Part shown: one piece after another, positions 53,649-64,000 of the stretch
How the letters are laid out: each line of letters opens with the position of its first letter
Position numbering within the stretch: position 1 is the first letter of the stretch
Assembly: GCF_963921235.1 (NCBI RefSeq)
Contig: NC_086108.1
Location: 4,774,001-4,838,000, forward strand
Reading direction: 5' to 3'
DNA: 64,000 nt
Source of the DNA: Mobula hypostoma
Taxonomy: Eukaryota
Made by a program: the position numbers and the translations under genes
Notes under the pieces: generated by a model
Told to the model about the DNA's origin: nothing
Seen by the model: only the letters and a program-made list of their open reading frames with translations
Databases searched by the model: none

Positions 53649-55334
53649 ATTTATTAGTTATTTCCAAAATACTCCCACCTACCAATGGCGGAAAAGACAG
53701 AGTGGAATTTTGTTGGCGTTTGCTGGGAGGAGGCTGTGTAGCAACCACATCGGCGCACCAGAATGAAAAACAGTTTCTTTCCCAAGCAGTAAGGCTGATC
53801 AACACATCCATCCACTAACCCACCACCTCCACACTCCCAACCATCACTACTTTATCATTTCCTGTCAGAGTCACATTATGTGCCTAGCATCACTTTATGG
53901 ACATATAATCAATATATGCATACAAGTTATCTTATGTATTTATATTTATTGTGTTCTTTATCTTGCTTTTTTTTGTGCTGCTTCAGATCTAGAGTAACAA
54001 GTATTTCATTCTCACTTACACTAGTGCCCTCCAAGAGGATTACAACCTTGTCCTTGGGTTTGGAGGCTGTGTGCCTCAATGACCCGCAAAGCCATGTTGG
54101 CTGGAGTCAAAGCTTTATGCTTTGGCTTTTGGTAGAGACTAGACTAAGAGTGGTCCATCGGTCCTCCAGGTTCAGGGGTTCAGTTCAGGGATAACAACCC
54201 TGACTGGTCAAACAAAATTGTTTAGGAAGCAGCAATGGAGATTCCTTCTGCAGCTGAGTGTGACGGTATTCCTGAGTCTCCACCTGGGACTTGCGTGACT
54301 GACAGTAGTGAAAACTGAGAGAATGCTCCTGACACAATGAAGGAAGCCCTGAACACTAGCAGAGGGGAAGGACCTTCATTGCCGCCCAGCAGTGTGATGG
54401 GCAGTAAGATACACTTGTGTCCTAGAAATTACATTAAACAATCTTGAATCCTGCTTGCAATCTGCTCATACACAACTACATGACCCTATGACATGGCTGA
54501 TCTCATCACCAACAAAGTTGAGCAGGTCTACAGAGAGGATATGGAAGTGTGGTAGTTAAAACTGTCAGATGCATCGTTGGCACCAGCCCACCCGCCGTCA
54601 AAGGCATATATATAGTAAGGTGCTGGAAATGGGCCAGCAGTGTCATGAAGGATACCCCCCACCCTGCTCACGGACTGTTTGTCCCACTCCCATCAGGGAG
54701 GATGCTACATAGCATCCACACCAGGACCACCAGACTCAAAAACAGTTACTTTCCCCAATCCATCAGACTGATCAACACCTCCACTCATTAACCCAACACT
54801 ACACACCCCCAACCACCACTACTTTATTATTTCTTGTCAGAATCACCTGATGTACAGGTACTCATGTCCAACGTCACTTTATGTACATATAATCTTATGT
54901 ATTTAAATGTACTGTGTTTTAAATTGTTCTTTCTGTTTATTGCGTTTTTTATGCTGCATCAGATCCGGAGTAACAATCACTTTGTTCACCTTTACACATG
55001 TGTACTGAACAATGACAATAAACAATCGTGAATCTTGAAAGCCCTAACCTATTCAACCTTTCTCTATAACAAAGGTCCTCTAGTCCTGGCAACATCCTTG
55101 TAAATTTTGTCCATATTTTTTTCAATTGTACTGCTCTTTCCTGCATTGTAGGTGACTAGAACTGGACATAATACTATAAACTTGGCCCCACCAACGTCTT
55201 ATATATTACTTGAACATGAGATCACAGAGGTACACCGAGTCCAAACTTGCAACAAAAGATCTCTTCAGCCTTGAAAAAACAGAATGCAAGTTATTGCTTT
55301 ATTTCTAAAATACCTAATTCAGGAACAATAAGAT

Positions 55335-56357
55335 GGAAGATGGAACTTAATGGAGAGAAGTGCGAAGTGTTGCACTTTGGTAGCACCTTACACAGTGAAT
55401 GGAAGGACACAGAGCAATGTGGTAGAACAGAGGGATCTGGAAATACATGTCCATAATGCATTGAAAGTAATGTCACAAGTAGATAGGGTCATAAAGAAAG
55501 CTTTTGGCACACTAACCTTCATAAATCAATGTACTGAGTACAGGACATGGGATCTAATATTGAAGTTGTATAAGACATTGGCCAGGCCTAATATGGAGTA
55601 CTGTGTGCAGTTTTCATCACCTACCTACAGGAAAGATGTAAATAAGTGAATGCAAGCAGGCTTTTTCCACTGAGGCAAGGGGAGAAAAAAACCAGAGGAC
55701 ATGGGTTAAGGGTGAAGGGGGAAAAGTTTAAAGGGAACATTGGGGGGGAGCTTCTTCACACAGAGAGTGCTGGGAGTGTGGAATGAGCTGCCAGACGAGG
55801 TGGTAAATGCGGGTTCTTTTTTAACATTTAAGAATAAATTGGACAGATACATGGATGGGAGGTGTATGGAGGGATACGGTCCGTGTGCAGGTCAGTGGGA
55901 CTAGGCAGAAAATGGTTCGGCACAGCCAAGAAAGGCCAAAAGGCCTGTTTCTGTGCTGTAGTTTTTCTATGGTTTCTTTCTTTCTATAAGGTTGAAAAAG
56001 TACAGAGAAAATTTACAAGGACATTACCGGGACTGGAGGACCTGAGTTATAAGGAAAGATGGAATAGGTTTGGACTTTATTCCTTGGCACGTAGGAGAAT
56101 GAGGCGAGACTTGATTGAGGTAAACAAAATGATGAGGGGTATACATAGGGTAAATGCAAGCAGGCTTTTTCCCCACTGAGGTTGGGTGGGATTCTAACTA
56201 GAGGTCATAGGTTAAGAGTGAAAGGTAAAAAGTTGAAGGGGAAAATGTTTATGAGTGGAAACCTCCTTCCTCAGAGGGTCGTGAGAGTGTGGAATGAGCT
56301 GCCAGTGCAAGTGGTGCATGTGAGCTCAATTTCAACATTTATGAGAAGTTCAGAAGG
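55335..56357 (+). mobile_element. CR1 3' fragment holding a nested CR1 3' end (about 55648-55985); resumes at about 60035-60125
   Basis: LKLYKTLARPNMEYCVQF; ATAAG duplicated around the nested piece. Confidence 0.8.
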
Positions 56358-59300
56358 TAGAAACATAGAAACATAGAAAATAGGTACAGGAGTAGGCCAT
56401 TCGGCCCTTCGAGCCTGCATCGCCATTTATTATGATCATGGCTGATCATCCAACTCAGAACCCTGCACCAGCCTTCCCTCCATACTCCCTGATCCCCGAA
56501 GCCACAAGGGCCATATCTAACTCCCTCTTAAATATAGCCAATGAACTGGCCTCAACTGTTTCCTGTGGCAGAGAATTCCACAGATTCACCACTCTCTGTG
56601 TGAAGTTTTTCCTAATCTCGGTCCTAAAAGGCTTCCCCTTTATCCTCAAACGGTGACCCCTCATTCTGGACTTCCCCAACATCGGGAACAATCTTCCTGC
56701 ATCTAGCCTGTCCAATCCCTTTAGGATTTTATACGTTTCAATCAGATCCCCCCTCAATCTTCTAAATTCCAACGAGTACAAGCCCAGTTCATCCAGTCTT
56801 TCTTCATATGAAAGTCCTGCCATCCCAGGAATCAATCTGGTGAACCTTCTTTGTACTCCCTCTATGGCAAGGATGTCTTTCCTCAGATTAGGGGACCAAA
56901 ACTGCACACAATACTCCAGGTGTGGTCTCACCAAGGCCTTGTACAACTGCAGTAGTACCTCCCTGCTCCTGTACTCGAATCCTCTCGCTATAAATGCCAG
57001 CATACCATTCACCCTCTTCACCGCCTGCTGTACCTGCATGCCCACTTTCAATGACTGGTGTATAATGACACCCAGGTCTCGTTGCACCTCCCCTTTTCCT
57101 AATCGGCCACCATTCAGATAATAATCTGTTTTCCTAGTTTTGCCACCAAAGTGGATAACTTCACATTTATCCACATTAAATTGCATCTGCCATGAATTTG
57201 CCCACTCACCCAACCTATCCAAGTCACTCTGCATCCTCCTCACAGCTAACACTGCCACCCAGCTTCGTGTCATCCGCAAACTTGGAGATGCTGCATTTAA
57301 TTCCCTCATCCAAGTCATTAATATATATTGTAAACAACTGGGGTCCCAGCACTGAGCCTTGCGGTACCCCACTAGTCACCGCCTGCCATTCTGAAAAGGT
57401 CCCGTTTATTCCCACTCTTTGCTTCCTGTCTGCTAACCAATTCTCTATCCACATCAATACCTTACCCCCAATACCGTGTGCTTTAAGTTTGCACACTAAT
57501 CTCCTGTGTGGGACCTTGTCAAAAGCCTTTTGAAAATCCAAATATACCACATCCACTGGTTCTCCCCTATCCACTCTACTAGTTACATCCTCAAAAAATT
57601 CTATGAGATTCGTCAGACATGATTTTCCTTTCACAAATCCATGCTGACTTTGTCCGATCATTTCACCGCTTTCCAAATGTGCTGTTATCACATCTTTGAT
57701 AACTGACTCCAGCAGTTTCCCCACCACCGACGTTAGGCTAACCGGTCTATAATTCCCCGATTTCTCTCTCCCTCCTTTTTTAAAAAGTGGGGTTACATTA
57801 GCCACCCTCCAATCCTCAGGAACTAGTCCAGAATCTAACGAGTTTTGAAAAATTATCACTAATGCATCCACTATTTCTTGGGCTACTTCCTTAAGCACTC
57901 TGGGATGCAGACCATCTGGCCCTGGGGATTTATCTGCCTTCAATCCCTTCAATTTACCTAACACCACTTCCCTACTAACATGTATTTCACTAAGTTCCTC
58001 CATCCCACTGGACCCTCCGTCCCCTACTATTTCTGGAAGATTATTTATGTCCTCCTTAGTGAAGACAGAACCAAAGTAATTATTCAATTGGTCTGCCATG
58101 TCCTTGCTCCCCATAATCAATTCACCTGTTTCTGTCTGTAGGGGACCCACATTTGTCTTTACCAGTCTTTTCCTTTTTACATATCTATAAAAGCTTTTAC
58201 AGTCAGTTTTTATGTTCCCTGCCAGTTTCCTCTCATAATCTTTTTTCCCCTTCCTAATTAAGCCCTTTGTCCTCCTCTGCTGAACTCTGAATTTCTCCCA
58301 GTCCTCAGGTGAGCCACTTTTTCTGGCTAATTTGTATGCTTCTTCTTTGGAATTGATACTATCCCTAATTTCTCTTGTCAGCCACGGGTGCACTACCTTC
58401 CTTGATTTATTCTTTTGCCAAACTGGGATGAACAATTGTTGTAGTTCATCCATGCAACCTTTAAATGCTTGCCATTGCATATCCACCGTCAATCCTTTAA
58501 GTGTCATTTGCCAGTCTATCTTAGCTAATTCACGTCTCATACCTTCAAAGTTATCCTTCTTTAAGTTCAGAACCTTTGTTTCTGAATTAACTATGTCACT
58601 CACCATCTTAATGAAGAATTCCACCATATTATGGTCACTCTTACCCAAGGGGCCTCTCACAACAAGATTGCTTATTATCCCTTCCTCATTGCTCAAAACC
58701 CAGTCCAGAATAGCCTGCTCTCTAGTTGGTTCCTCGACATGTTGGTTCAAAAAACCATCCCACATACATTCCAAGAAATCCTCTTCCTCAGCACCTTTAC
58801 CAATTTGGTTCACCCAATCTACATGTAGATTGAAGTTACCCATTATAACTGCTGTTCCTTTATTGCACACATTTCTAATTTCCTGTTTAATACCATCTCC
58901 GACCTCACTACTACTGTTAGGTGGCCTGTACACAACTCCTACCAGCGTTTTCTGCCCCTTAGTGTTACGCAGCTCTACCCATATCGATTCCACATCTTCC
59001 CGGCTTATGTCCCTCCTTTCTAATGCGTTTATCTCCTCTTTAATCAGCAACGCCACCCCACCTCCTTTTCTTTCATGTCTATCCCTCCTGAATATTGAAT
59101 ATCCCTGAACGTCGAGCTCCCATCCCTGGTCACCCTGGAGCCATGTCTCTGTGATCCCAACTATATCATAATCATTAATAACAATCTGCACTTTCAATTC
59201 ATCCACCTTATTATGAATGCTCCTTGCATTGACAAAGCCTTCAGGCACTCTTTTACAACTCTCTTAGCCCAATTATGTTGAAAAGTGGCCCTTATTAATG

Positions 59301-60030
59301 CTTGCCCTGGATTTGTCGGCCTGCCACTTTTACTTTTCTCCTTAGTACTTTTTGCTTCTACCCTCACTTTACACCCCTCTGTCTCTCTGCACTGGTTCCC
59401 ATCCCCCTGTTGTGAACTAACCTCCTCACGCCTAGCCTCTTTAATTTGATTCCCACCCCCCAACCATTCTAGTTTAAAGTCACCTCAGTAGCCCTCGCTA
59501 ATCTCCCTGCCAGGATATTGGTCCCCCTTGGATTCAAGTGTAACCCGTCCTTTTTGTACAGGTCACGCCTGCGCCAAAAGAGGTCCCAATGATCCAAAAA
59601 CTTGAATCCCTGCCTCCTGCTCCAATCCCTCAGCCACGCATTTATCCTCCACCTCATCGCATTCCTACTCTCACTGTCGCGTGGCACAGGCAGTAATCCT
59701 GAGATTACTACCTTTGCAGTCCTTTTTCTCAACTCCCTTCCTAGCTCCCTATATTCTCCTTTCAGGACCTCATCCCTTTTCCTACCTATGTCATTGGTAC
59801 CTATATGTAGCAGGACCTCTGGCTCTTCACCCTCCCACTTCAGGATACGATCAGAACACGATCAGAAATATCCCAGACCCTGGCACCAGGGAGGCAAACT
59901 ACCATCCGGGTCTCTGGACTGCGTCCACAGAATCGCCTATCTGACCCCCTTACTATCGAGTCCCCTATCACAACTGCCCTCCTCTTCCTTGCCCTACCCT
60001 TCTGAGCTACAGGGCCAGACTCTCTGCTGG
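56358..60030 (-). mobile_element. Near full-length CR1 LINE: truncated ORF1 with SGNH esterase, ORF2 endonuclease and RT
   Basis: ORF2 59248-57224 then 57372-56455 ([32 protein letters not shown]); ORF1 VIGDS...DGLHLN; (TAGAAACA)n tail at 56358. Confidence 0.95.
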
Positions 60031-60782
60031 ATGGAGGGGTACATGGATGGTAGGGGTATGGAGGGCTTTGGTCTAGGTGTGGGTCAATGGGAGTAGGCAG
60101 TTTAAATGGTTCGGCACTGACTAGATTAAAGAGCAAATACTCATCAAGAAAATAGCTGGGATTCCTTTTGTTTATTTAGGATACTATGCTTCATAATTGT
60201 GACAGGAGGCTGTTGCTGAACAATTCATAACCAGCATCACGCTGCATGCACTTGTGTGGCTGTTAAACACTACAGTGTGCTTAGATTGAACAGTTTTTAA
60301 ATAGTGTCAGTTGTGTTTGCTTGTCTTCAAAAAGCAGTGATTTTTGTCACTGATAGTTGTCAGGAAATAAGAAATAAGACAATTTAGAATGATTTTGCTC
60401 ACTGTGGTTTCATGCATTCGGGCTTGAAGATTCTAGAGATGGTTGAGAACGAAAATGAAATGATTTCATCAAGTTAGAAACTATGAAGGATTTGAAGGTC
60501 TTGAATGTTACAATGAAAACAAAGATTCTGAGGATGCAATTGTCGAAAGCATTGTATGAAGGTGGCTCATCATCTGCACTAAGTGCTTGCGCTGACTTTG
60601 TTCATTTACAGTCAATCAAAAGAACACAGCAGCGTCACTGGATGAATTGCTCCATCAATAACTATTAGAAACTACTGTTTTATAGTAATGTGGTAGTATA
60701 GGTAGTGTTCTAATTTCTTCCGTATTTCATTTAAATACATAATTTGTTATTCAGTTAAACTGTAGTTTGTCTTTTTTATACA

Positions 60783-61581
60783 TGTAATGTTAAGATTTCT
60801 ACTGCTCTGCTGTGAGGTATTTTATTTTAGCAGTTTTCTGTAAAAGCAGCATGTTCCACTGGAAAGTGTGTTTTGGTTTCAGCTAAAGATAAGGAGCCAC
60901 GTTGTCCAACTTAGGAATGTGTATCAGACAATCAGGATTGTGGGATGTGATAAAAGGTTCTAGGGAACTGTGGGGAAGAATTTTCTGAAGGACAGTCGTG
61001 TGGCTTGGGTTTTTTTGCTGGAGTGGGGCACAAGAGAAGATGCTGCAGAATGTCATTGGAAGGAAAGAGCCCGTTACAAGAAGTGCTTTGTGAAGATGAA
61101 TGGCTCCAAGGATGAAGGGTCAATATTCCTGAGAGAACTGGTTCATTCGAGATTGACTTTGAGAGAAGTTTGGAATGTGGCAGGTGCCTTCACGCAGGCT
61201 ATGGGTCCAGTTCTTAAATACAGCGATACAACCCGGCTACTTCAGAATGAGCTCCAACGTCTAAGTGCATATTGGACTGATTTAACTGTAATGGGCCCTT
61301 TTCTTTTTCTGTAACTGTTTGTTAAAGTTGAAAATCTAATAAATATACTTTCTTTATAATTTTATGCTGGTGTACGGTCTGATAAGTGTGTATGGGTAGT
61401 GTTTACACAGCATTTTCTACAAACTATGTTCCTTAATTGGAACATCCTAACTTTCCTGCTTGGTTCAATCCCAAATCGTACTGACCCTAGACGTATATTG
61501 TTTATGAAAAGTGGTCCTCTCACCACTCAGTCACGTGGCTGTTAGCAGAGTTGGTGTACAAGTGCCGGCGAGAGAATTACA
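60783..61581. mobile_element. Probable solo LTR (799 bp) inside a pogo-like element
   Basis: TGTAAT...ATTACA termini; the flanks rejoin to the pogo-like sequence seen uninterrupted near 15490-15520; target duplication unclear. Confidence 0.6.
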
Positions 61582-64000
61582 TAGGTTTTTAACTATTTCC
61601 ATGAAACATTAGCTAATTGGGGCAGCTGCTCAATTGGGCCAAAATGTATCAGTCCCGATTAACTGAATGTGCATAAATTTTTACATATACATGCACATAT
61701 ATATTTAAAAACTGTTTGTTCTAAGAATGTAGTGTCTAATGGACACACAAGTTCACAGAAGTGAAGCTAGTTAGAAATTGTTTGCCAACAGTCTCCTGTC
61801 CCAATTAAATGATATAATATCAAACAAAAACAAAGGAAATCCCAGCTATTTTATCAATTAGGTTTTGTTCTTTAAGAATTGTCCCAAATAAGTGACTACT
61901 CCGATTAACTGATGGACCAACTAAAATGAATCCTCTGTAGATATTCATTCATTATGTGCCGTGTTGTATGACATGGGCAATCATGGTCTTTCGATGACCA
62001 TGAATGTTCTTGGCAAATTTTTCCACAAAAGTGGTTTGCATTGCCTTCTTCTGGGCAGTGTCTTTACAAGATGGGAAGGAGTGCCTTACACCTCTTTTGT
62101 TAGAGACATATCTACACCCCGCCACCTAAACTGTGTATATACGCGCGCACGTCTGTGTGTATATATATAATTTAATTAAATTAAAAAGTAGTTCGAAAAG
62201 ACAATTAAAAAAAAGTGAGGTAGTGTACATGGGTTCATTGTCTTCAGAAATCTGATGGTGCAGGGGAAGAAGCTGTTTCTGAAATGCGGAGTGTGTGTCT
62301 TCAGGCTCCTGTAGCAATGAGATGAGGACATGTCCTTTACAGACAAACGCAATGTCAATGGAAAATAATGGTGACTTATCACAGAAAATGAAAGATGAAT
62401 GCTGTTTATTACTGGCAACAAGTGAACTGCCATAGTGACAAACATATAAAGTTATGGGGGAGATACATATTAACAGCAAAACCAAGGAACTGATTATAGA
62501 CTTCAGGAGGAGGAAACCAGAAGTCCATGAGCCAGTCCTCATCCGAGGATCAGAGGTGGAGAGGGTCAGTAAGTTTAAGTTCTTGGGTGTTACTATTTCA
62601 GAGGACTTGATCTGGACACAGCAGGTCAATGCAATTGCAACAAAAGCATGGCCATGCCTCTACTTCCTGAGGAGTCTGCAGAGATTTTCATGACATCATA
62701 AACTTTGACAAACTTCTTGGATGTGTAGTGGAGAGTGTATTGACTGGCTACATCACGGCCTGGTATGGGAACACCAATGCCTTTGACTGAAAAATCTTAC
62801 AAAAGACACTGGATGTGGCTCAGCATTTCCTGGGTAAAGTCCTCTCAACCACTGGACACACCAACATTAAACACTAATGCGGGACAGCGGCTTCCATCAC
62901 CAGAGATCCCCACCACCCAGGATATGCTCTCTTCTCGCTGCTACCATCAGGTAGAAGGTACAAGAGCCTCAGGACTCACACCACCAGGCTCAGGAACAGT
63001 TACTACCCATCAACCACTGGGCTCTTGAACAAAAGGGGATAACTGCACTCACCTGCCCATCTAGTGAGATGATCCCACAACCAATGATCTCACTTTAAAG
63101 ATTCTTTATCTCATTATTTCATATTCTCATTACTTATTGCTATTTATTTATATTAGCATTTACACAGTTTGTTGACTTCTGCACTCTGGTTGATCTTTCA
63201 TTGATCCCGTTATAGTTACTATGCTATAGATTTACAGAGTATGCCCACAGGAAAAAGAATCTCAGGGTTGTACGTGGTGACATACATGAACTCTGATAAT
63301 AAAATTTACTTTGAACTTTAATCTCTATTCAGAATATGATCCAGGCCTGGCTCAATCCCTCTGGTGTGTGGGAAGTCGGTTAAGATGGTAGTCTTATTTC
63401 TCTTTACCTCATTGTGTAAATAAAACTCCTGTTAAATGTGTCTTCAAAGCGGAGAGGACTCCAGCCCCCTATCAAAGAGTAGAATGCAACTGGCAGGAAA
63501 AAAAACACTGAAAACTGACCATAAACCGTGCACTCAACTCAGCTCTTGAACTTGATGCTTGTAATCCACACAGATGGATCCAATAGTTGAGAACACGGAA
63601 CGCAGAGTGCAAAATTTCATAGGATATTACAGAGAAAATAATGGAGAAATAAATGATTACGGCACTGTGGGAACATCAGCTCACATCACGAACCTGGGGC
63701 TGCTAGCTCCAATGGGTGGTAATAATACGCAGATTTTTTAATGGCAATTAAAATGAATCTCAAGACTGTTTGTACCTCTGGATTAAATTACAGTCAAAGT
63801 CAAAATTTATTACCAATGTTACCATATACTTGATCTTCATATACTTGACTTTGGAGAGGGTTAGGAGGGGTTCACGAAAATGATTCCAGGATCGAAGGCT
63901 TGTCATATGAGGAGTGTTTGATGGCTCTGGGCCTGTACTCACTGGAATTCAGAAGATTGGGGGGTGGGGGGGGGGAATCTCATTGAAACCTATCGAATGT

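Noticed and set aside
53278..53766. 162-aa + strand ORF
   Set aside because: No recognisable domain or splice context, and it runs through a repeat insertion.
58332..59108. 258-aa + strand ORF
   Set aside because: Antisense shadow of CR1 ORF2.

Overview
Eukaryotic, repeat-dense DNA, not prokaryotic. The repeat landscape (CR1 and Rex1/Babar LINEs, V-SINE/HE1-like SINEs, Penelope elements) points to a cartilaginous fish, probably a ray; this is inference. The minus strand carries the 5' part of SIPA1L3, a Rap GTPase-activating protein. Eight coding exons were mapped with canonical AG/GT sites and consistent phases: 47781-46311, 34289-34159, 28871-28683, 23483-23309, 20762-20659, 18353-18196, 12989-12413 and 9873-9599. 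They total 3080 nt (1026 codons + 2 nt) and cover the N-terminus, RapGAP and PDZ domains; downstream exons were not found in the window. The introns hold mostly nested transposable elements: four Tc1/mariner transposons, an internally deleted Gypsy, a near-intact CR1, Penelope, L1/Tx1, RTE, pogo and hAT derivatives, and a >=1.4 kb polypurine tandem repeat. Most notable: (i) a Sleeping Beauty-family element that appears to have two right ends; (ii) Penelope-type minimal hammerhead ribozymes, one with an intact core in a 77-bp insertion flanked by a 13-bp duplication; (iii) a 32-bp tandem duplication that multiplies a SIPA1L3 splice donor; (iv) a uORF-rich leader with an AUGA stop/start overlap. 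All family assignments come from recalled sequence similarity, not database searches.
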